Of a DNA stretch of 17,769 bases, positions 1-7,380 are shown piece by piece. How positions within the stretch are numbered: the first letter of the stretch is position 1; each line of letters opens with the position of its first letter. The position numbers were made by a program, and so were the translations under genes. The stretch is from Erysipelotrichaceae bacterium (GTDB lineage Bacteria; Bacillota_I; Bacilli_A; Erysipelotrichales; Coprobacillaceae): assembly GCA_028698185.1 (NCBI GenBank), contig JAQVDW010000033.1, positions 1-17,769 of the forward strand, in the 5' to 3' direction. The notes beneath the pieces were generated by a model. The model searched no databases and was not told the origin of the DNA. It saw nothing but the letters and a program-made list of their open reading frames with translations.

Positions 1-55
1 AAATTTACACGAGTCGCAAATTCAAGAAATAGTACGAAAATGAAATATTAAAAAA

Positions 56-97
56 ACAGGCAGAAACCCCTTATTTATAGGGGCTTTTGCCTGTTTT
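56..97. terminator. Bidirectional rho-independent terminator-like hairpin
   Basis: Outer stem ACAGGCA (56-62) pairs with TGCCTGT (88-94). Inner stem CCCCT (67-71) pairs with AGGGG (79-83). An A-run (51-56) lies upstream and TTTT (94-97) downstream, so it could terminate on either strand. It follows an open frame that ends at a TAA at 49-51. Confidence 0.6.
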
Positions 98-185
98 CTA
101 GATTATCAAGTGTAAAACATGAGATATTATACTAATTTTTCAGTATAATTGCCACCCATTGATGGAATTAATTCCCATAAGCAAA

Positions 186-212
186 GGAAAAACACCCCGA
201 AAAAGAGGTGTT
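186..212 (-). terminator. Rho-independent terminator of the PfkB kinase gene
   Basis: The minus strand reads AACACCTC-TTTTTC-GGGGTGTT, an 8 bp stem with one G-U pair, followed by TTTCCTTT. The stem overlaps the TAA stop at 211-213. Confidence 0.55.
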
Positions 213-1167
213 AGCTGTTAATCAAAGCTTCAATTTCCGAGCGAGTCGGCATTACCATCAAAGCTCCTTTCCTAGTTGTAATTATTGATGCCGCCGCATT
301 GGCATATAGCAGCATTTCATGAAGAGATTTAGCATCAAAGTTATCCAGACCAACTTTCAAAACAAAATCGAGGACTGTTCCGCAAAAAGTATCACCGGCT
401 CCTGTTGTTTCGATGGTCGCATCGTTCACAAATCCCGGTACGGTTACTATCAAATCCTTGAAATATGCCCGAGATCCTTCTTTTCCAAGAGTGACCAAAA
501 TCAAATCAATGTCAAAACGCTCCTTTATCCATTCAACCGCCAGATCGTAATCTTCTATCCCGGTCAGCCAAACAATTTCATTATCCGAAATTTTTAGAAC
601 ATCGGCATACTTCATTCCTTCCAGCACCGCCTGCTTCGCCTTGTCAAGGTTATCCCATAACGGTTCCCTTAAATTCGGATCGAAAGAGATAATGCAACCA
701 CCGGCTTTGGCAATTTCCAAAGCCTTCAATGTTGCCTCTTTGACCTGGTCGTGCGTCATCGACAAGGTTCCAAAATGAAATATCCGCGAATTTGAGATCA
801 ATGATTCATCAACCTCTTTTGCTTTTAGCATCATATCCGCGCCGGGATTGCGATAGAAAGAAAAATCCCGATCTCCGTTTTCAAAGTTGTGAACAAAAGC
901 CAAGGTCGTATGGACAGAATCATCCAACAGCAGATTCCTGGTATCAATACCTAATCCGCTCACCCTTCTTTTCAATTCCTTACCAAGAGCATCGTTTCCC
1001 ACCTTGCCTATAAAAGCAGTCTTATTTCCTAAATTAGTCAGCATAGCCAACACGTTGCAAGGGGCTCCTCCAGGATTGGCCTCAAACAATTGATTGCCCT
1101 GTTTAGACATTCCGTTTTGAGTGAAATCTATAAGCAACTCCCCTAATGCTGTTACATCATACATCAT
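211..1167 (-). CDS. PfkB-family carbohydrate kinase, most likely fructokinase
   Basis: 318 aa ORF with ribokinase/PfkB signatures: N-terminal GELLIDF, GGAPCNV, NLREPLW, and the C-terminal TTGAGDTFCG ATP/anion-hole motif. SD AAAGGAGAA lies just upstream of the ATGATG start. Confidence 0.8.
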   Translation of the reverse strand: MMYDVTALGELLIDFTQNGMSKQGNQLFEANPGGAPCNVLAMLTNLGNKTAFIGKVGNDALGKELKRRVSGLGIDTRNLLLDDSVHTTLAFVHNFENGDRDFSFYRNPGADMMLKAKEVDESLISNSRIFHFGTLSMTHDQVKEATLKALEIAKAGGCIISFDPNLREPLWDNLDKAKQAVLEGMKYADVLKISDNEIVWLTGIEDYDLAVEWIKERFDIDLILVTLGKEGSRAYFKDLIVTVPGFVNDATIETTGAGDTFCGTVLDFVLKVGLDNFDAKSLHEMLLYANAAASIITTRKGALMVMPTRSEIEALINS

Positions 1168-1191
1168 AATTCTCCTTTCAACATATCTTAA

Positions 1192-1220
1192 ATTTTAGTC
1201 CATTTGGTCTGCATAGTAAA
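1192..1220 (-). promoter_or_regulatory. Candidate sigma-A promoter for the kinase gene
   Basis: Minus strand TTTACT (1220-1215), 17 nt spacer, TAAAAT (1197-1192). This is about 25 nt upstream of the start codon. Confidence 0.35.
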
Positions 1221-1242
1221 CCCTTTTATACTCTAAAATTTA

Positions 1243-1392
1243 TCATTCGTGTTTTTTTTGGCCTTCCAATATCAACAATATGCTGATTGCTATGAATATC
1301 AAATAGGCTACCAGGTTGATCTGGTAAATAAAATTATCAACGATAAATAAAACCAAAAAAATCACAATTCCTGAAATCATTTGCCAATTCAT
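1243..1392 (-). CDS. Small hydrophobic membrane protein (49 aa), not in the supplied ORF track
   Basis: Hand translation of the minus strand gives MNWQMISGIVIFLVLFIVDNFIYQINLVAYLIFIAISILLILEGQKKHE followed by TGA. There are two hydrophobic stretches long enough for TM helices. SD GAGGTG (1403-1398) lies 5 nt from the ATG at 1392. Confidence 0.5.
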   Translation of the reverse strand: MNWQMISGIVIFLVLFIVDNFIYQINLVAYLIFIAISILLILEGQKKHE

Positions 1393-1402
1393 CTTATCAC
1401 CT

Positions 1403-1424
1403 CAATACTCTTGCAAGAGTATTG
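1403..1424. repeat. Perfect 22 bp palindrome
   Basis: CAATACTCTTG/CAAGAGTATTG is identical to its reverse complement, checked base by base. It abuts the SD of the 49 aa ORF. Confidence 0.9.
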
Positions 1425-1437
1425 TCGTGTTTACTTG

Positions 1438-1464
1438 AAAAAAAAGCCCCTTTTCAAGGGCTTT
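1438..1464 (-). terminator. Rho-independent terminator of ppdK
   Basis: The minus strand reads AAAGCCC-TTGAAAAG-GGGCTTT followed by TTTTT (plus-strand A-run 1438-1442). It starts 7 nt after the ppdK stop at 1471-1473. Confidence 0.7.
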
Positions 1465-1470
1465 TCAAAA

Positions 1471-4137
1471 TTATTTGTCTTTTACCAAAATGTCTTCAGT
1501 AGAATGAGCAACCAAGATTTGTTCAGCCGCCGCCTGCGCCGCTGCCAACCGGGCAACCAAAACCCGATAAGGTGAACATGAAACATAATTCAATCCGACA
1601 TTGTGACAGAATTTGATTGATTCAGGATCACCACCATGTTCTCCGCAAATACCAAGTTTAAGATTTGGTTTCACTTCACGACCTTTGGTTGAGGCAATTT
1701 GAACCAATTGGCCAACTCCTGACTGGTCAAGAGACACAAATGGATCTACTTGGACCAATTTCTTTTCTTTATAATCAGGCAAGAAACTTCCAATGTCATC
1801 ACGTGAGAATCCATATGTCATCTGGGTCAAGTCGTTTGTTCCAAATGAGAAGAATTCAGCATGTTTGGCAATGCTGTCGGCAGTCAACGCTGCTCTTGGA
1901 ATTTCAATCATTGTCCCAATCTTGTATTCCAGTTTTGTAGAGCGTTTAGCGAGTTCGAGTTCTATCGCCTTTGTGATATTGCCTTTTACATAGACGATTT
2001 CAGATTCCTGACCAACTAAAGGAATCATGATTTCCGGAACGATGTTGCAACCAAGTTCATTTTGGACATCGATTGCCGCATTGATGATTGCACGCACCTG
2101 CATATTGTAAATTTCAGGGTAAGTTACCGCTAACCGGCACCCACGGTGACCCAACATCGGGTTCGCCTCATGCAAACTGTCACCTTTGACCTTGACTTCA
2201 GCCAATGTTTTTCCCAACTTGGCTGCAACAACCTGATATTCTTCATCCGTATGTGGCAAGAACTCATGAAGAGGTGGATCCAATAAACGGACAGTAACCG
2301 GCAGACCAACCATAGCCCGGTAGATTCCTTTGAAGTCTTCAATTTGGAACTTATACAATTCTTCCAAAGCAAGCTCACGTTCTTCCAACGTATCTGAAAG
2401 GATCATCTGTCTTACATATTCGATCCGGTCACCCTCAAAGAACATATGTTCGGTCCGGCACAACCCGATACCTTCAGCTCCGAATTTGATAGCTGTATCC
2501 GCGTCTTTTGGTGTATCCGCATTGGCGCGAACCCCCAACGTCTTGATTTCATCGGCCCAAGACATCAGTTCCGCGAAATCCCCAGTCAATTCTTGTTCTT
2601 CAACCGCCAAGGCACCGGCATAGACATTTCCGGTAGTTCCATCAATGGAAATTTCAGTGCCTTCAGGATATGTTGTCCCGGCAATTGTGAATGTTTTCTC
2701 TTTATAGTTGATCGACAAACCTTTAGCCCCTACAACGCAAGCTCTACCCATACCACGGGCAACTACAGCGGCATGCGAAGTCATACCTCCAGTAGAAGTC
2801 AAAATTCCCAGACAAGCGTCCATACCTTTGATATCCTCAGGAGAAGTCTCATGACGGACAAGGATAACTTTTTCACCTTTTTCAGCACATTCAACTGCTT
2901 TGTCAGCCGTCAAATAAACTTTCCCTGACGCCGCCCCAGGAGAGGCAGGAAGTCCACTTAACATAACCTCGCCCTGATCCAATGCCGCTTTGGTGAAGTT
3001 AGGGTGCAACAATTGTGAAATCTGATCAGGCTCAACCCGAGTCAATGCGGTAGGCTTGTTGATCAAGCCTTCATGCACCAAGTCCACTGCAATCTTCAAC
3101 GCCGCATGACCGGTTCTTTTCCCGTTACGGGTTTGGAGAATGTAGAGTTTTCCTTCTTCTACGGTGAATTCACAGTCTTGCATGTCGCGATAATGCAATT
3201 CAAGTCCTTTTACAATCTGAATCAGCTGATCATAGATATGTGGCATATCTTCAGCAAGACGGTCAATTTTCAGCGGAGTCCGGATACCGGCCACAACATC
3301 CTCACCTTGGGCATTGATCAGGTACTCACCATAGATATGATTTTCTCCGGTTGCCGCATTACGGGTAAACAATACTCCTGTACCGGAGCTGTCTCCCATG
3401 TTCCCAAATACCATTTCCTGCACGTTTACCGCAGTACCAAGGTCATGAGGAATATTGTTCAAGTTACGGTACACGACCGCCCTTTCATTCATCCATGAGC
3501 TAAATACCGCCAGAATCGCTCCCATCAACTGTTGTTTAGGATCTTGAGGGAAATCGCGGCCCAGTCTGGCTTTAAAGATTGCCTTGTATTCAGGAATGAC
3601 ATGATCTTTGAAATCGGCTGCAGTGATATCCAGGTCAGATTCATAGCCATTCTTTTCTTTCAATTCTGTCAGAACCTCTTCGAAAAGTTCCTTGTCCACC
3701 CCACAGGCAACATCGGAATACATTTGGATGAAACGACGATAAGAATCGTAGGCGAAACGGATATTATTTGTTTTGTTCGCCATCACCTCAACTGTTTCAT
3801 CATTAAGTCCAAGGTTCAATATCGTATCCATCATCCCTGGCATCGAGAATTTTGCACCAGATCTCACAGATACAAGTAACGGATTTTCCTTCCCACCCAA
3901 AGTTTTATCGGTTACTTTTTCAAGTTCACTGAGACATACATCAATTTGTCGCTTGATTTCATCGTTGATAATTTTTCCATCAGCATAGTACTCGTTGCAA
4001 GCCTCTGTGGTTACGGTGAAACCTTGTGGCACAGGTAAATTTAAGTTTACCATCGCAGCTAAATTAGCTCCTTTTCCACCAAGAAGGGCTCTCATTGTTT
4101 CGTTACCTTCTCTAAACATGTAAACATACTTCTTCAT
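1471..4137 (-). CDS. ppdK: Pyruvate, phosphate dikinase
   Basis: 888 aa, the expected length. The N-terminal ATP-grasp region carries GGKGANLAAM. The phosphohistidine motif GGMTSHAAVVARGMG and the C-terminal PEP-utilising motif GICGEHGGDP are present. SD AAGGAGGAA lies upstream of the ATG. Confidence 0.95.
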   Translation of the reverse strand: MKKYVYMFREGNETMRALLGGKGANLAAMVNLNLPVPQGFTVTTEACNEYYADGKIINDEIKRQIDVCLSELEKVTDKTLGGKENPLLVSVRSGAKFSMPGMMDTILNLGLNDETVEVMANKTNNIRFAYDSYRRFIQMYSDVACGVDKELFEEVLTELKEKNGYESDLDITAADFKDHVIPEYKAIFKARLGRDFPQDPKQQLMGAILAVFSSWMNERAVVYRNLNNIPHDLGTAVNVQEMVFGNMGDSSGTGVLFTRNAATGENHIYGEYLINAQGEDVVAGIRTPLKIDRLAEDMPHIYDQLIQIVKGLELHYRDMQDCEFTVEEGKLYILQTRNGKRTGHAALKIAVDLVHEGLINKPTALTRVEPDQISQLLHPNFTKAALDQGEVMLSGLPASPGAASGKVYLTADKAVECAEKGEKVILVRHETSPEDIKGMDACLGILTSTGGMTSHAAVVARGMGRACVVGAKGLSINYKEKTFTIAGTTYPEGTEISIDGTTGNVYAGALAVEEQELTGDFAELMSWADEIKTLGVRANADTPKDADTAIKFGAEGIGLCRTEHMFFEGDRIEYVRQMILSDTLEERELALEELYKFQIEDFKGIYRAMVGLPVTVRLLDPPLHEFLPHTDEEYQVVAAKLGKTLAEVKVKGDSLHEANPMLGHRGCRLAVTYPEIYNMQVRAIINAAIDVQNELGCNIVPEIMIPLVGQESEIVYVKGNITKAIELELAKRSTKLEYKIGTMIEIPRAALTADSIAKHAEFFSFGTNDLTQMTYGFSRDDIGSFLPDYKEKKLVQVDPFVSLDQSGVGQLVQIASTKGREVKPNLKLGICGEHGGDPESIKFCHNVGLNYVSCSPYRVLVARLAAAQAAAEQILVAHSTEDILVKDK

Positions 4138-4170
4138 ATATGTTCCTCCTTATTTCTTAACCATAAATTT

Positions 4171-4199
4171 ATTATACACCTGAAAACCCTTTCATTCAA
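4171..4199 (-). promoter_or_regulatory. Candidate sigma-A promoter of ppdK
   Basis: Minus strand TTGAAT (4199-4194), 17 nt spacer, TATAAT (4176-4171). This is about 34 nt upstream of the ATG. Confidence 0.6.
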
Positions 4200-4259
4200 T
4201 GATTTTTTACGGTAAAATATTTCAAATGTTGTCGCCTCAGTATCGAATTCATGAAAAAG

Positions 4260-4279
4260 GTGCATAAATTGTGCATAAA
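4260..4279. repeat. Tandem direct repeat GTGCATAAA x2 with 11 bp period
   Basis: GTGCATAAA at 4260-4268 and again at 4271-4279. It lies between the helicase terminator and the ppdK -35 element. Confidence 0.85.
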
Positions 4280-4307
4280 AAGAAAAGACAAACCATAAGG
4301 TTTGCCT
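4277..4307 (-). terminator. Rho-independent terminator of the DEAD-box helicase gene
   Basis: The minus strand reads AGGCAAACC-TTAT-GGTTTGTCT, 9 bp with one G-U pair, followed by TTTCTTTTT. It starts 9 nt after the stop at 4316-4318. Confidence 0.7.
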
Positions 4308-4315
4308 AAAAATCA

Positions 4316-5896
4316 TTAATCTTGGTTGTTTGATATTTCAATATTAACCCGACGGTTGCGGATTTTCTTTTTGGAACAGTTTTTAATCAATTTTTGCACT
4401 ACAAAACTGTTTACATCTACATAAGTGTTTTTGCGGTTGATTTCAATTGAACCTATGTCGCTTTTGCGGATTCTTCCTTCATTGCATAGGAACCCGACAA
4501 TCGCACCCGGATTTATTTTATCCATTGTACCACAAGTCATGAAGATTCGAGTCATGTCACCGCTGTTGTTGTGTCCAACTTGTTCGATTGTTTCACGGGT
4601 ATAATTGTACCCTGGATTTGATTCATTGAGCATGTACAACAAAGCTGCCGCGAAGTCATCTCTGATGTTCGGGTCGATTTCATTGATCTGTGATTTGAAT
4701 TTCTTGTGTTTTCCGGCAAAAATTGCATCCTCGACGTCGCTGATTAACGAAAGCACTTTGTTTTCGTTGATTTGAGTCAAAGTAGGAACTTCAAGTTTTT
4801 CGATTTTTGAGTTGGTAGAACGTTCAATCTGACGTAAAAAACCTTTCTCTTTAGAAACGACGATAGTGACCGCCTTTCCTTCGCGATTGGCTCTTCCCGT
4901 ACGACCAATTCTATGTACGTAAGATTCGATTTCCTGTGGCAATTCGTAGTTGATTACGTGTGTAACGTCATCAACGTCGATTCCGCGGGCTGCAACATCT
5001 GTCGCAATCAGGAAATTGATTGTCTTGTCCTTGAATTTTCTCAAAGTGTTGCTGCGGTGGTTTTGAGTCAGGTCGCCATGCATAGCCTCAACTTTGTAGT
5101 TGGCTTTTTGCATTTTTTCGCAGACTTCATCTACCGATCTTTTTGTACGGCAGAAAATGATACCCGATTTCACTCCATCAAGATCGATACAACGGCATAA
5201 AGCCTCGAAACGATCCTTAGGGCTCACTTCATAGTAATATTGCTTTACCGTTGAAGCAGTACGTGTTTTCGACTCGATTTTTACATGATCGTAGTCGGTT
5301 TTCATGTAGTTTTGCGCGATTTTCTTAATTTCCGCAGGCATTGTCGCTGAGAACAAAACAGTCTGATGGTCCTCAGGGACTGTCTGCAGAATTGTTTCGA
5401 TATCTTCCACAAATCCCATGTTCAGCATTTCATCAGCTTCGTCCAATACGACGTAGCGAACTTCATTAAGTTTCAAAACCTTACGGCGCATCAAGTCCAT
5501 GATTCTTCCAGGAGTCCCGATTACGATATCAATACCCCTCTTGATGGTCTTGATCTGTCTTTCGATATCACTGCCACCATATACACAAGTGACTTTTGCA
5601 TTGTTATATTTTCCAATCCGACCAAACTCATCGAAGATTTGCATCGCAAGCTCGCGAGTCGGTGAAATGATAATTGCCTGAGGATTTTTTGAATTGTTAT
5701 TATGGATTAATGAGAGTATCCCACCACCAAAAGCCAAAGTTTTCCCAGTCCCTGTTTGTGCCTGTCCTATAATATCTTTACCTTGAATCACTAACGGGAT
5801 CGCCTCTTCTTGAATCTTTGACGGTGAAGTAAATCCCATATCTTTTATTGCATTTAAGACCTCTTCCGAGAGTCCTAGTTTACTAAAATTTTCCAT
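4316..5896 (-). CDS. DEAD-box ATP-dependent RNA helicase with a DbpA/DeaD-like C-terminal RNA-binding domain
   Basis: 526 aa with Q motif GFTSPSKIQ, motif I AQTGTGKT, Ia PTRELA, II DEAD, III SAT and VI HRIGRTGRA. The C-terminal about 75 aa (MTRIFMTCGTMDKINPGAIVGFL...) resembles the DbpA RNA-binding domain. SD GAAAGGA is present. Confidence 0.92.
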   Translation of the reverse strand: MENFSKLGLSEEVLNAIKDMGFTSPSKIQEEAIPLVIQGKDIIGQAQTGTGKTLAFGGGILSLIHNNNSKNPQAIIISPTRELAMQIFDEFGRIGKYNNAKVTCVYGGSDIERQIKTIKRGIDIVIGTPGRIMDLMRRKVLKLNEVRYVVLDEADEMLNMGFVEDIETILQTVPEDHQTVLFSATMPAEIKKIAQNYMKTDYDHVKIESKTRTASTVKQYYYEVSPKDRFEALCRCIDLDGVKSGIIFCRTKRSVDEVCEKMQKANYKVEAMHGDLTQNHRSNTLRKFKDKTINFLIATDVAARGIDVDDVTHVINYELPQEIESYVHRIGRTGRANREGKAVTIVVSKEKGFLRQIERSTNSKIEKLEVPTLTQINENKVLSLISDVEDAIFAGKHKKFKSQINEIDPNIRDDFAAALLYMLNESNPGYNYTRETIEQVGHNNSGDMTRIFMTCGTMDKINPGAIVGFLCNEGRIRKSDIGSIEINRKNTYVDVNSFVVQKLIKNCSKKKIRNRRVNIEISNNQD

Positions 5897-5923
5897 TTAT
5901 ACATCCTTTCATTTCGTCTACTT

Positions 5924-5932
5924 ACTATAACA
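5924..5932 (-). promoter_or_regulatory. Candidate extended -10 promoter element of the helicase gene
   Basis: The minus strand reads TGtTATAGT. No good -35 element was seen. It lies about 28 nt upstream of the ATG. Confidence 0.4.
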
Positions 5933-5982
5933 CAGTTTTTCCGACAATAAAACAAAAACATTCGATTTCATCAAATAAAATT

Positions 5983-6006
5983 AAAAAAAAAGGACTCTCG
6001 TCCTTT
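5983..6006 (-). terminator. Rho-independent terminator ending the long asnS-containing transcription unit
   Basis: The minus strand reads AAAGGAC-GAGA-GTCCTTT followed by six further T. The stem overlaps the TAA stop at 6006-6008. Confidence 0.8.
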
Positions 6007-7379
6007 TACAAGCGGTTTCTTTTTGCGCCAATCAAGAAAGCTTCGATGTTCTTCTGGATTTCATCAATAACTCTCTGCCTTGTTTCAAATGGAGCCCATG
6101 CGATATGTGGTGTCAAAATCAGTTTGTTGCCGTCTTCGACTTCGAAAAGACAAGAATTTCCTGGCAGCGGCTCGTTTTCAAACACATCCAATGCCGCACC
6201 TGCAATCTCATCTTCATTCAGGGCCCTTACCAGGTCAGCCTCGTTGATGATCTTGCCCCGGCCGACATTGACAATGTAGGCGCTGTTTTTCATCTTTTTG
6301 AATGCCTGATAATCGAAAAGGTTTTCTGTAGACTCATTCAACGGTGCGTTGATAGAGATGAAATCACTTGTCGTCAGAGCCGTGGCAAAGTTAACCCTTT
6401 CGTAAGGTTGTTTAGAGTTCAACCCCGAGGTCGAATAGTATTGGACCTTCATCCCCAAAACGGTAGCGTACTTGGCCATTTCCTGACCGATTGCCCCCAT
6501 TCCGACAATAGTCAGAACCTTGTTGTCCAACTCATAAAAAGTGTTTGAAAAATGAGAGAATGAATTGAGGCTAGAATATTCCTTGCTTTTGACGAAATTG
6601 TCATAGTAAAGAAGATGGTTGTTCAAAGCCATCATCAAACTTAGACCATGACTGGCAACCGCCTTGGTCGAGTATCCTTTCACGTTGCAAGAGGCAATGC
6701 CCTTGTCTTCAAGGTAATCAAGATCAAGATTGTTGTATCCGGTCGCCGTTACACATATCAGCTTCAGCTGATCGAAATCCGCCAATGAGGTTTCATCCAT
6801 TATGACTTTGTTTGTGATGATTATGTCATGATCTTTGGCGACACCTTCTAGATTTACCAGGTTATGGTAATCGATAAAATCACCATAATCGTCAAACCGG
6901 CTCAATTCGATATCCTGGCCAATGCTGTTAGAATCAAGTATCCCAATCTTGAGCGGCTTCCAGTCAAAGGCGTTTTTCAACAGTGTTTCGTTGTCTTTGA
7001 CCAGCTGTCCTAGTCTGATTGCCTCATTGACATCAAGGTAAGGTGCTTCCTTCAAAATAGCAGTTGTTTTGCCCGAAGATGTCCGATACTCCAATGCGTT
7101 TTGCAGCATCAAGATACCCAGGGCCTGGTTAGTCGCTGATGCGTATTTTTCAAGATTCCCTTTCAATTCGAGCAGGAACCCAGGTTGACCATCTACAGCT
7201 TTTAGCAGCGCTTCTTCCAAGGTTTCGCTATGCAAAACCACCCTTTTGAATGTGTCATTGTAGATAAGAGGCAAGATATAATCGTACAGATCAATCTCAC
7301 AAGAACCATAACCCTTGGTAAAAGAGTAAAGTATGATCGCCCCCAATGACGAATCTTTCATCCCTTCAATTAAGCTCAT
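6006..7379 (-). CDS. Fusion protein: about 140 aa N-terminal helical domain of unknown function plus a complete HprA/glycerate-dehydrogenase-type D-2-hydroxyacid dehydrogenase
   Basis: 457 aa. Residues from about 143 to 457 match the D-isomer-specific 2-hydroxyacid dehydrogenase pattern: ATGYNNLDLDYLEDKGIASCNVKGYSTKAVASH, NAD-binding GMGAIG (293-298), NVGRG (R374), DVFENEP (E403) and TPHIAW (H425). Residues 1-142 are an extra module not present in canonical enzymes. The ATG is 1 nt after the upstream stop (TAA-A-ATG) and has no SD. Confidence 0.8.
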   Translation of the reverse strand: MSLIEGMKDSSLGAIILYSFTKGYGSCEIDLYDYILPLIYNDTFKRVVLHSETLEEALLKAVDGQPGFLLELKGNLEKYASATNQALGILMLQNALEYRTSSGKTTAILKEAPYLDVNEAIRLGQLVKDNETLLKNAFDWKPLKIGILDSNSIGQDIELSRFDDYGDFIDYHNLVNLEGVAKDHDIIITNKVIMDETSLADFDQLKLICVTATGYNNLDLDYLEDKGIASCNVKGYSTKAVASHGLSLMMALNNHLLYYDNFVKSKEYSSLNSFSHFSNTFYELDNKVLTIVGMGAIGQEMAKYATVLGMKVQYYSTSGLNSKQPYERVNFATALTTSDFISINAPLNESTENLFDYQAFKKMKNSAYIVNVGRGKIINEADLVRALNEDEIAGAALDVFENEPLPGNSCLFEVEDGNKLILTPHIAWAPFETRQRVIDEIQKNIEAFLIGAKRNRL

Positions 7380-7380
7380 T

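Noticed and set aside
1-51. Open frame at the window edge (...KFTRVANSRNSTKMKY, stop at 49-51) followed by a terminator. It may be the 3' end of a plus-strand gene.
   Set aside because: Only 16 codons are visible, so it cannot be identified or distinguished from chance. I recorded the terminator but not a CDS.
1381-1575. 64 aa plus-strand ORF spanning the palindrome, the ppdK terminator and the ppdK 3' end.
   Set aside because: It runs antisense to the small membrane ORF start and to ppdK, crosses a terminator, and has no RBS.
4238-4252. cre-like (CcpA) element ATGAATTCGATACTG upstream of ppdK.
   Set aside because: It has three or more mismatches at defined positions of WTGNAANCGNWNNCW, including the right-arm C. 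That is no better than chance in an AT-rich spacer.
4134-4316. 60 aa minus-strand ORF filling the helicase-ppdK intergenic region.
   Set aside because: It spans the helicase terminator hairpin and the ppdK promoter and SD, starts immediately at the helicase stop without an RBS, and overlaps the ppdK start. It is better explained as non-coding regulatory DNA.
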